Positions 56,109-64,000 of a stretch of DNA of 64,000 nucleotides are shown here, piece by piece. The stretch comes from Firmicutes bacterium UBA5389 (GTDB lineage Bacteria > Bacillota > DTU025): assembly GCA_002409965.1 (NCBI GenBank), contig DHON01000105.1, positions 5,461-69,460 on the forward strand. The letters are read 5' to 3'. The notes under the pieces were generated by a model. That model was not told the DNA's origin. It saw nothing but the letters and a program-made list of their open reading frames with translations, and did not search any database. Made by a program: the position numbers and the translations under genes. Position 1 is the stretch's first letter. Every line of letters begins with the position of its first letter.

Positions 56109-57587
56109 TCAATCTTTCTCAATCGCCGCAACGCATGTGGCCACTGCTAGCCCCAGTAGAGCGAAGAAGCAAGTAGCCACCTTAATCGAAACAAATATAT
56201 CGGATGACACCAAGCAGAAAACTAAAGCAGACAAAGCTACTGCCCTATATCCGAAAAGGCGCTTTGGGATGGACGCGGCAATGCACAAACCACCACACAG
56301 GAAACCAACCATTCCCGCAAGACCGGCCTCACTTCCTATTAGTGCAAATGCGTTATGGGGCTCGCGTGCAACAGCACAACCCCCAACGACTCGAATCTCT
56401 GTCAGCCAATCTCTCGGCCACAGTTTCGCCATGCCCGACCCAGTTAACGGATATTCTGTCACTGCCTTCAGCGCAACTCTGGCAGAATTGAGCCGAATAG
56501 TGTCACTAGAGCTGAGCATTCCACTGCTCGCATGCCGTGGGATGAATCTCGCCAGAGGCGCCAGTGTCCTAACCGAATACCAGGCAAAAGCCACCGTTAA
56601 TAGCGCTATTCCCACGATTGCCCAGAACACAGTCCTGACTTTTCGTTCAGTGCTCATGGGTGACCAGGCAATTGTCAGCACTAATCCTGCCAGCAAAGCT
56701 AGTGCATTGCCTCTCGATAGTCCGAGAATGGTCATTACCGAAAACCCCGCCGCGAGTGCCATGTTTGTTCGATAACCCCGGTTTCTATACGCTCCGTATC
56801 GGTCATCAATCGCTCTGTACAGACAGACTATCGCTGCATTCTGGAACACGAATCCGGTCGTGATGGCACCTCCCATGGGGCTAATGTACCTCCAAAAGTC
56901 GGCCCGATATCCGTATATGCTTGACAGGCTTATCCCGATGAAACCGATATCCAGCCTGTCGAAAATGCTCAAAGCAGCGGTCACTGCGATAGCGAGAATG
57001 GTCATCAACAACCGACGCTCCAGCCTCCTAATGTCAAACGTCGTTGGGCACACAACGATAACCAGACTCATTAGCAATGGGGGCAGCATGTAGCATACCA
57101 AGGCATACGCCGTTCCTTCCTTGTTTGCGCCCCATGCATCATTGTTGAACAACACACTTACAAGCAGAGGAAGAATCCATAGTAGCGGAGCAAGCGCTGC
57201 ACGCGTGCGGCGCTTAGTAATCACACCTTGCAGGGCACATTTACGTATTGATCCGTACACAAGCAACATCGCGAATACCATCGGTATTGCATAACGTAAA
57301 GTCAATGCTATTCCGAATATGTCAAGTGCCATCGCCGAATCCACACGACTAGGTAGGAGCATCTCTACTGTCATGAATATGTATGTTGCCCATGATATGG
57401 CACGAGTATAGCCATTTGTGGCCCGTGTCCACATGCTCTCCCGAACGACAAGCTGAGACGCATTGTAGCGGTATGCAAACGAACTACTGCTCTGGAACGC
57501 CTCGGCATTGGCTTCCGATGAACACTGCACTGCATATCTAGTGCACAAATACAGCACCTGCCCTAAGTCGATTCCTGTCATCGGCAC
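56109..57587 (-). CDS. O-antigen ligase/polymerase-family (Wzy_C) integral membrane protein
   Basis: About ten hydrophobic segments. 'HNAFALIGSEAGLAGMVGFL' resembles the Wzy_C periplasmic-loop motif (H..L..E.G..G). Confidence 0.65.
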   Translation of the reverse strand: MPMTGIDLGQVLYLCTRYAVQCSSEANAEAFQSSSSFAYRYNASQLVVRESMWTRATNGYTRAISWATYIFMTVEMLLPSRVDSAMALDIFGIALTLRYAIPMVFAMLLVYGSIRKCALQGVITKRRTRAALAPLLWILPLLVSVLFNNDAWGANKEGTAYALVCYMLPPLLMSLVIVVCPTTFDIRRLERRLLMTILAIAVTAALSIFDRLDIGFIGISLSSIYGYRADFWRYISPMGGAITTGFVFQNAAIVCLYRAIDDRYGAYRNRGYRTNMALAAGFSVMTILGLSRGNALALLAGLVLTIAWSPMSTERKVRTVFWAIVGIALLTVAFAWYSVRTLAPLARFIPRHASSGMLSSSDTIRLNSARVALKAVTEYPLTGSGMAKLWPRDWLTEIRVVGGCAVAREPHNAFALIGSEAGLAGMVGFLCGGLCIAASIPKRLFGYRAVALSALVFCLVSSDIFVSIKVATCFFALLGLAVATCVAAIEKD

Positions 57588-57883
57588 TTGATTTCAGCAA
57601 GTCATGATGCTTCTGCCTTTGATGCCAAGGCATTTGGCAGCACTCGGCCATGATCATCAATGTGCGCATTGCTTTGGTGAGCACAGCAACCATCATGTAG
57701 TCATACATGCCTTGGCCAATGAAGTAGCCGTGCCCAAGCCTGCACTACCTCAGAGGATGTTCTCTGACTTCGTCATGAAGAGTGAGATAATGGCAAGGCC
57801 GTATCAATCCTTCTCACCCAATGACCAACTCTGTGTGCTCAGTGTGTTTCTCCTTAGTTGTACTGGACTACTGTGGACCATCA

Positions 57884-59263
57884 TCACATCATCCATACAT
57901 TGCCTATAGTATCGTCGGCTTCCGTGGTCACATTCCTCGTATCCAACACTGCGCTCGCAGACTGAACTACTGACCCATAATCCACACTTGAGTGCCCAGT
58001 CAGAACCACCACTAAGTCTGCACCACCAACCTTCTCCGCACTAAGGTTGTATACGGAATCCAACCTGGCAGACTGCCTTCCCTCGTACGTGCCTTGACTC
58101 TGCAGCTGCACCTCCATACTTGGCACATACGGGTCATAGTACTCTACCTCGCAGCCTTCCTTCATCAACAGCTGGATCACCTTGAGTGCAGGCGACTCCC
58201 TCATATCAGGCAGATCTTCCTTGTACGTGACCCCGAGCACTAGCACCTTGGATCCCCGTAGTGACTTGCCCTGCAGTCCGAGTATCCGTTCTGCCTTCTG
58301 GACCACGAAGTAAGGCATCGATAGGTTTATCTCCCCCGCAAGCTCAATGAAGCGGGTTGAAAAGTCATATTCCCGCGCCTTCCACGCAAGGTAGAACGGA
58401 TCCACAGGGATGCAATGACCGCCCACGCCCGGGCCAGGATAGAATGGCTGAATGCCGAAAGGCTTAGTGAACGCCGCATCAAGCATCTCCCATACACTGA
58501 TTCCCATTCGATCGCATAGAAGCGCCATCTCGTTGACAAGCGCTATGTTGACCGCACGATACGTATTCTCAAAAACCTTCGCCATCTCTGCCACGGCAGG
58601 CGAAGAGCACTCTATGACCTTCATGATGGTCTCCCCGTAGAACGCCGCGGCTACGTCAGTACAGGCCTGGGTAACCCCGCCTACCAACTTGTTGGTGTTC
58701 TGCGTGGTGTATCGCTTGTTCCCCGGATCCACTCTTTCAGGCGAATGCACTAGGAAGAAGTCCTTCCCTACCTCAAGCCCTGTAGCGGCAAGCTTGGGGA
58801 GTATTACCTCCTCAGTAGTGCCAGGGTACGTAGTGCTTTCGAGGGATATTAGCTGGCCTGGGTGCAGATGCTTCGCGATTTCCCCGGTCACATTCTCTAT
58901 GTACTGAAGGTCAGGCTCTCTATGCACGGTAAGCGGCGTTGGAACACATATGATGACTACATCTGCGTTGCCTAGCTCAGAAAAGTCGGTGGACGTGCGC
59001 AGCTTCCCATCCAGGACAACCTTCCTGAGCTCCTCATCCTTCACATCACGGATGTAGTTTTCGCCCCGGTTCACCATTGCAACGCGCTCTTCATTGCGGT
59101 CGAACCCTATGACGGGAAAGCCCACCTTGGCCTTCTCCACCGCCAACGGAAGCCCCACATACCCAATCCCGACGACCGCCACTACAGCAGCGTGGGCCTT
59201 GACCTTCGCCTTGAGTTCCTGTGCATAGTCTTGTTTGACCTTGGTCTCAACCTCAAGCGCCAT
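57884..59263 (-). CDS. Nucleotide-sugar (UDP-GlcNAc/ManNAc) 6-dehydrogenase, UDP-glucose/GDP-mannose dehydrogenase family (WbpA/WecC-like)
   Basis: 'VVAVVGIGYVGLPLAV' (Rossmann), 'GGHCIPVDPFYL' (catalytic Cys), C-terminal UDPG_MGDP_dh_C region. Confidence 0.85.
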   Translation of the reverse strand: MALEVETKVKQDYAQELKAKVKAHAAVVAVVGIGYVGLPLAVEKAKVGFPVIGFDRNEERVAMVNRGENYIRDVKDEELRKVVLDGKLRTSTDFSELGNADVVIICVPTPLTVHREPDLQYIENVTGEIAKHLHPGQLISLESTTYPGTTEEVILPKLAATGLEVGKDFFLVHSPERVDPGNKRYTTQNTNKLVGGVTQACTDVAAAFYGETIMKVIECSSPAVAEMAKVFENTYRAVNIALVNEMALLCDRMGISVWEMLDAAFTKPFGIQPFYPGPGVGGHCIPVDPFYLAWKAREYDFSTRFIELAGEINLSMPYFVVQKAERILGLQGKSLRGSKVLVLGVTYKEDLPDMRESPALKVIQLLMKEGCEVEYYDPYVPSMEVQLQSQGTYEGRQSARLDSVYNLSAEKVGGADLVVVLTGHSSVDYGSVVQSASAVLDTRNVTTEADDTIGNVWMM

Positions 59264-59284
59264 GACCTTTTCCTCCAGCCTGCC

Positions 59285-61258
59285 TTACCGGCCCGCATGA
59301 CTCCGCAGTATGCCGCAAAGCTGCTCCACTACATATTCCTGCTCCGAGCTATTGAGCTGAGGAAACATCGGAAGCGACAGCGCTTCCTCTGCAGCCTTTT
59401 CACTCTCTGGGAAATCCCCAAGCTTGTAACCGAGGTTTTCGAAAACCGGCTGCAAATGCAAGGGCAGCGGATAGTACACCGTGGAGCCTATGCCCCTCGA
59501 CTTCAGTTCTTCCTGAACAGCATCGCGATGGGAGACCCTGATCGTGTACTGGTGGTACACGTGGTATGCGCCTTCGCACGCCACCGGGCATCGTGCAGCT
59601 TTTGCTGCAGCTAGGCCCCTGTTATAGCCTTCGGCCAGCGATCTCCTGGCATCAATCCAACCTCTGAGATACTTGACCTTCACACTGAGGATAGCAGCCT
59701 GTAATGTGTCGAGCCGGCTGTTTATGCCCAGTAGTTCATGGTAGTACTTCTTCCGCGCTCCGTGCGCCCTGAGCATCGTCAGCCTCTCGGCAAGCGAGTC
59801 ATCGTCCGTAACCACCATGCCCGCATCCCCAAAAGCGCCAAGGTTCTTGGTGGGAAAGAAGCTTATGCACGCCATATGCCCCAGCGACCCTACCGGCCTA
59901 TCATGGTACCGGGCGCCTATGGCCTGCGCAGCATCCTCTATCACAGTAAGCCCATGTTTGGCCGCAATCGCGCTTATCTGATCCATCTCTGCCGACTGGC
60001 CATATAAGTGCACAGGAAGTATCGCCCTCGTGCGGGCGGTCATTCTCCCCTTGATCTGCATCGGATCTATGTTGAAGGTCTCAGCATCAATGTCGCAGAA
60101 AACCGGCTTCGCCCCCGCCCTCACAATCGACCCCGCAGTCGCGAAGAACGTAAACGGCGTAGTGATGACCTCATCCCCGGGGCCCACATCTGCGGCCATT
60201 AGGGCAAGGTAAAGCGCATCGCTGCCATTGGCAACGGCAATTCCGTGCTTCACCCCGCAAATCTCGGCTATAGACTCCTCGAGCCTTTCGACATGGTCGC
60301 CCAGTATGAACCGGCCGGAGTCCACTACCTCGCCGATGGCTGCCATCAGCTCATCTCGCAGCTTGCTGTTCTGCCTCGTGAGATCGAACGATGGAACCTG
60401 CATCGCCGAAGACGCCTCCCCTCGCGGGCATGCGCTCATATCAGAGTAGATCAGCTGCTCCGGCGGGACATCCTTCGCAACCCTGGCTGGAGTACCCAGT
60501 ACAATCTTGCATGGGGCCACGTCACGCGTCACAACGCTTCCCGCGCCCACAACTGCCTCTTTTCCTACGGTCACGCCAGGAAGTATCACAGCGCCTCCGC
60601 CGACTCGCCCGCCGTCTTCAAGAGTGACGCCTTTGCGATGCTTGAACCGTTCTTCAGTGCGCCCCATGTAGTTGTCATTCGTAGTGCACACCATGGGCGC
60701 AATGAACACGTTCTTCCCGAGTTTGGACAGAGCCGTAATGTAGGCAGAGGTCTGTATCCTGGCGCCGTCGCCTATCTCACAATCATTCTCAACAGTCGCG
60801 GCATGTCCTACAATTACATTCTCGCCTATCAGGCAGCCCTCTCGAACCTGAGCCCCATCTGCCACAAACGAGCGAGAACCTATCTCGCTTCCAGCATATA
60901 TCACAGCTCCGACGCCTATCTGACACCCTTCCCCTACCCTGAGCGAAGGAAGGACACCCGACGACGCCAGAGTACTAGATTTCGCCTTTGTCGGCCGCTG
61001 GCCAAGTACTGAGTTGGCGCCAATAGCAGCATGATCTGAGATCAGAGTGCCCTCACGCACTATCACGTTGCTGTCTATCCGTACGCTTCTGCCTACGCGG
61101 GCCCCGGCCTCAATCACCACATTGCAGCCGATAGAGGCTTCATCTTCTACGTGAACCCCTTCGCCGATAACAGCATGGGCGCCTATGGTCACCCCTGCAC
61201 CCAAAGCCGCGGAAGGCGCTACGATTGCTGTATCGTGAACTCGGTCTCTACTACCCAT
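59285..61258 (-). CDS. Fused hexapeptide N-acetyltransferase (WbpD-like, N-terminal) and DegT-type aminotransferase (WbpE-like, C-terminal)
   Basis: The N-terminal ~260 aa are hexapeptide repeats (VTIGAHAVIGEGVHVEDEASIG...). The C-terminus reads 'VPSFDLTRQ...AVANGSDALYLAL...ITTPFTFFAT...GEGG...LPLHLQP'. Confidence 0.8.
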   Translation of the reverse strand: MGSRDRVHDTAIVAPSAALGAGVTIGAHAVIGEGVHVEDEASIGCNVVIEAGARVGRSVRIDSNVIVREGTLISDHAAIGANSVLGQRPTKAKSSTLASSGVLPSLRVGEGCQIGVGAVIYAGSEIGSRSFVADGAQVREGCLIGENVIVGHAATVENDCEIGDGARIQTSAYITALSKLGKNVFIAPMVCTTNDNYMGRTEERFKHRKGVTLEDGGRVGGGAVILPGVTVGKEAVVGAGSVVTRDVAPCKIVLGTPARVAKDVPPEQLIYSDMSACPRGEASSAMQVPSFDLTRQNSKLRDELMAAIGEVVDSGRFILGDHVERLEESIAEICGVKHGIAVANGSDALYLALMAADVGPGDEVITTPFTFFATAGSIVRAGAKPVFCDIDAETFNIDPMQIKGRMTARTRAILPVHLYGQSAEMDQISAIAAKHGLTVIEDAAQAIGARYHDRPVGSLGHMACISFFPTKNLGAFGDAGMVVTDDDSLAERLTMLRAHGARKKYYHELLGINSRLDTLQAAILSVKVKYLRGWIDARRSLAEGYNRGLAAAKAARCPVACEGAYHVYHQYTIRVSHRDAVQEELKSRGIGSTVYYPLPLHLQPVFENLGYKLGDFPESEKAAEEALSLPMFPQLNSSEQEYVVEQLCGILRSHAGR

Positions 61259-62346
61259 TAGCGCCTGCCTCCCGAAGAGCCTAGGCCGCGAGCCTGGGCA
61301 ATCCTTTCGGATTCCTCAGCAAGCGGAAACGTCACAATACTCCCTGTCTCCTGCGACCTGTACACAGCCAGGACCATCTCGACCGCAGCCCGACCGTCTT
61401 CCCCAGTCACAGGAGGTTCTCCGTCATTCCTCACAGCCTCCGCCATGCGGGCAAGAAGAGACGCATGCCCACTGCCGTAAACGCTGTCCGGATCGGGCAT
61501 ATCCCCCAAAGAGTGATAATAGTCTGGATCCCCAAACTCCCACCGCTCAATGCGGTTGACAGCCACCCCTCCCACCGAAGCCGATCCCCGTTCTCCGAAG
61601 ATCGTCAACGTCTCTTCCCAGTTGGACGGGTAGACATTGCTCGTGCCTTCGATCGTGCCCAAAGCGCCTGATCCAAACCTGATAGCCGCTACGCCCACAT
61701 CCTCAGCCTCAATATCGTGGAACTGGTTCGCAGTGAAGGCGGCCAGGCTCTGCGGCTTTCCCATCATCCATCTCAGAAGATCGATGCCGTGAATACACTG
61801 GTTCATCAGAACCCCGCCATCCTGTTTCCACGTGCCCCGCCACTTGGCCTGGTCGTAATAGTGTTGGCCCCTGTTCCACCTCACCGCAACAGAACCATGC
61901 GAGAGCCTTCCGAACTTGCCTTGCTCCAACGCTTCTCTCAGCTTTACGATAGCCGGGTTGAACCTGTTCTGGTGCACAGTACAAAGCTTCACATTCTGCG
62001 ATCTGCAGGCAGAAATGAGCCCATCTATCTCTTTCAGAGTCAAGCCGATGGGCTTTTCCACAACAACATGCTTGCCCGCTCTCGCTGCATCAATGCCGAT
62101 CGCCGGATGATCCCCGCTCGGAGTCGCGATGCAGACAACATCCACATCCTTGCGTTCCAGCAGCTCTCGATAGTCGTAGTAGGCATCCCCGCCATATCTC
62201 CGGGAGAAATCATCCGCCCGCTCAGGCAGGATGTCACAGACTGCGACAAGTTCCGAGCCCTCTATCTCCGTCAGCGCCTGCGCATGATACCGCGCGACCC
62301 GTCCGCATCCTATCAACCCAAATCTCGTTGCATTACATCTAGCCAT
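61258..62346 (-). CDS. Gfo/Idh/MocA-family NAD-dependent oxidoreductase (WbpB-like)
   Basis: 'TRFGLIGCGRVARYHAQAL', 'EKPIGLTLKE'. Confidence 0.8.
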   Translation of the reverse strand: MARCNATRFGLIGCGRVARYHAQALTEIEGSELVAVCDILPERADDFSRRYGGDAYYDYRELLERKDVDVVCIATPSGDHPAIGIDAARAGKHVVVEKPIGLTLKEIDGLISACRSQNVKLCTVHQNRFNPAIVKLREALEQGKFGRLSHGSVAVRWNRGQHYYDQAKWRGTWKQDGGVLMNQCIHGIDLLRWMMGKPQSLAAFTANQFHDIEAEDVGVAAIRFGSGALGTIEGTSNVYPSNWEETLTIFGERGSASVGGVAVNRIERWEFGDPDYYHSLGDMPDPDSVYGSGHASLLARMAEAVRNDGEPPVTGEDGRAAVEMVLAVYRSQETGSIVTFPLAEESERIAQARGLGSSGGRR

Positions 62347-62510
62347 GCAGCAACATCCTCCGCCTGTCGATCCGCTAACAAACCGCCCAAGTGCCGATAT
62401 CTGTTCATGCTCTAATGTGCGAAAAATGCTCCCGTTGCCTTGGACAAGTATAACGTTGGAGTTGCCAAGATGGCAATCTCACATGTCCGCCAAAACCACT
62501 GCATCGCAGC

Positions 62511-64000
62511 TCAACTTCCACTATCCATCAGGTCAATGGCGCCTAAGATGTCCATTGCTAGGAAGCTGTTTATAGATTCGTATCTGTCTACATGGTACCT
62601 ACGAAATACTTCCCTTGACATGATCCCGTACCAGGCCCTTGGATGGTTCTCATACTCATAGTTGCTCGTCTTGAGCTTGCGATAGACCCATTTCGCGAAG
62701 CCCCTAAGTGGTGTCATCCTGATGAACTCCTTGAGACGGCTGGTGCTCAACTCCCTATCCGTTACTAAGGCCGACACACTCTTGTCGCCCAGAGTCTCCG
62801 CAGTTAGCTTCTTGACGTAAGCAATGTACAGCCTCTGCCCAATTCTGTGTTCCAACGGAACACGCGCCCAAAAATCGAACATCTCTTGATCCCAGAATGG
62901 AAGCCACCAATCATAGCCCCAAAACTCGTATACGCGCACTGAGTTCGCAATGAACTTCGCCTGTCGCTCTTGCCAGTTCCAATTCTCGCTGAGCCGCACA
63001 GCGACATCTGGGACGAGGCAATCGGGCGCACAGAGGGCAGAAGTAATCCGGCCTTTCATCTCGTCTAGGAAGATGAGATCCTTGCCTCTCGGGACACGGA
63101 CGAGCGAATAGTGCTTCTTGAAGATCTGTTCGACCAGCTGTTCATGAGAGACTTGTCTGGCCTTCACAAACGCCTCGGGAATGTGCGAACCGGATATCAT
63201 ATCTGCAGCATGGCCAGGAACGAAGACAGAATCCTCAGCAACAAGCCCTCGCCGTTTGAGTTCCCAGACTGCTGGCCAGTCCTGCAAGTGTGGCACGGAT
63301 ACAGCGTGATGCGCCATTGCGTAATAAGCCTCACGCTCCTCAGTCCTAAACCACTGCCACCACAATTCGTTGCTGTAGGGGACAAATTGCCACGGAATGT
63401 CAAGACGCTTGGCTACCTGCTTGCTGATTTCGGACTCCGTGTTGCCAGGTCGTCCATACGTGAAAGCCACTACGTTCTCGTATCCCAATCGCTTTAGCAT
63501 TAGCACTATTAGCCGTGAATCATATCCACCACTCAGCGGCACAACTAGTGTTCGACCATCAGCTAGTCTCAATAGCCGTTCAAAACACCGTATCAAGAGA
63601 GCATCCAGTTCATGAGAGAGTGTTTCGGCGTCTGAGCTCGTTTCGGGTCTCCCAACAAAATCGAAATAACGCTCTGTGCTGAACTGCACCAAGCCGTCTG
63701 CAGTTTTCGCTACTAGTAATTCGCCTGCACGCAGTTGCTTTACACCCGGGTACAGTGTTTCGCTACCTGTAACATATCCCGTCATGCAGAACTCGCGTTC
63801 CGATAGCTCACTGCGTTGGAAGCTGCCTACCTTTGTCTGGACCCAACTAGCATCATCGCTTATGTAGAACTCATCACCGGTAGCACCATAAAATAGCGGG
63901 ATACTCCTAATCCTATCTACTCCTGCAAGGAGCACCGACCCCTTATTGCATACGACGGCGAAGAAGCCATTGAGCAGTATCATCGACGACCTGAACTCAT
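62511..64000 (-). CDS. Asparagine-synthase (glutamine-hydrolysing)-like amidotransferase (WbpS-like); partial, with the N-terminal glutaminase domain beyond the window end
   Basis: 'NGFFAVVCNKGSVLLAGVDRIRSIPLFYGATGDEFYISDD' is the AsnB N-terminal domain core, and 'LVVPLSGGYDSRLIV' is the PP-loop. The reading frame stays open upstream of the first Met to position 64000. Confidence 0.7.
   Translation of the reverse strand, partial: EFRSSMILLNGFFAVVCNKGSVLLAGVDRIRSIPLFYGATGDEFYISDDASWVQTKVGSFQRSELSEREFCMTGYVTGSETLYPGVKQLRAGELLVAKTADGLVQFSTERYFDFVGRPETSSDAETLSHELDALLIRCFERLLRLADGRTLVVPLSGGYDSRLIVLMLKRLGYENVVAFTYGRPGNTESEISKQVAKRLDIPWQFVPYSNELWWQWFRTEEREAYYAMAHHAVSVPHLQDWPAVWELKRRGLVAEDSVFVPGHAADMISGSHIPEAFVKARQVSHEQLVEQIFKKHYSLVRVPRGKDLIFLDEMKGRITSALCAPDCLVPDVAVRLSENWNWQERQAKFIANSVRVYEFWGYDWWLPFWDQEMFDFWARVPLEHRIGQRLYIAYVKKLTAETLGDKSVSALVTDRELSTSRLKEFIRMTPLRGFAKWVYRKLKTSNYEYENHPRAWYGIMSREVFRRYHVDRYESINSFLAMDILGAIDLMDSGS

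Noticed and set aside
60245-61012. Plus-strand 255-aa ORF
   Set aside because: It is antisense to the well-supported WbpD/WbpE-like fusion gene. It has no recognisable domain.
1-64000. CRISPR arrays, rRNA or tRNA genes
   Set aside because: No spaced short direct-repeat array was seen. No region lacks ORFs for long enough to hold an rRNA. The two large gaps do not contain recognisable tRNA features (acceptor stem or T-loop GTTC-type motifs) on inspection.

Overview
This is a GC-rich bacterial (probably chromosomal) segment in which every gene I can support lies on the minus strand. Roughly 1–38.7 kb is a mosaic defence/conflict island; roughly 38.8–64 kb is a polysaccharide (O-antigen or capsule-type) biosynthesis locus that has itself been disturbed.

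Defence island, by coordinate:
- **1–3.6 kb:** a Lamassu-like SIR2 / small protein / SMC-ATPase operon; the ATPase runs off the window start.
- **4.0–7.5 kb:** a protein with only a helicase C-terminal half, plus a protein with an HsdR-N-like nuclease domain.
- **7.5–11.4 kb:** a 1274-aa Dna2-like fusion of a Cas4/RecB-type Fe-S nuclease to an SF1 (Upf1/AAA_11-12) helicase.
- **11.5–13.2 kb:** a small GIY-YIG protein, a cold-shock-domain fusion protein and an NYN RNase.
- **14.8–19.6 kb:** a translationally coupled three-gene block I cannot place in any described family. It has a J-domain (HPD) protein embedded in beta-propeller-like repeats, followed by two apparently paralogous glycine-zipper membrane proteins.
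- **20.1–22.5 kb:** an RloC/PrrC-like AAA_13 ATPase with a CxxC hook.
- **23.0–25.1 kb:** a secreted protein whose signal peptide is separated from the mature domain by an in-frame TGA, and a membrane coiled-coil protein.
- **25.5–26.8 kb:** a frameshifted DegT-type aminotransferase.
- **26.8–29.1 kb:** small HEPN-like and PD-(D/E)xK-like ORFs.
- **29.1–32.8 kb:** an ABC-3C three-gene system (DUF4297-like nuclease, middle component, DUF3732 ABC ATPase).
- **33.0–37.9 kb:** an Avs-like Mrr-nuclease–STAND NTPase–helical-repeat protein, coupled to an Rx4H (HEPN-like) protein.
- **38.1–38.7 kb:** a UDG-superfamily protein.

The polysaccharide locus encodes an FnlA/FnlB/FnlC-like UDP-L-FucNAc pathway and a WbpA/WbpB/WbpD-E-like UDP-2,3-diacetamido-uronic-acid pathway. 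In the latter the acetyltransferase and aminotransferase are fused in one ORF. It also carries glycosyltransferases, a PglC-like initiating transferase, two PIG-L deacetylases, a formyltransferase, two amidotransferases, an O-antigen ligase/polymerase-like membrane protein, a truncated epimerase paralog and an IS1182-type transposase remnant.

Short, ~90 %-identical DegT gene fragments at 6.3 kb and a more diverged fragment at 22.65 kb suggest the island was assembled by recombination inside the polysaccharide locus.

I recognised no rRNA, tRNA or CRISPR array. All domain calls are from motif reading by eye, not searches.
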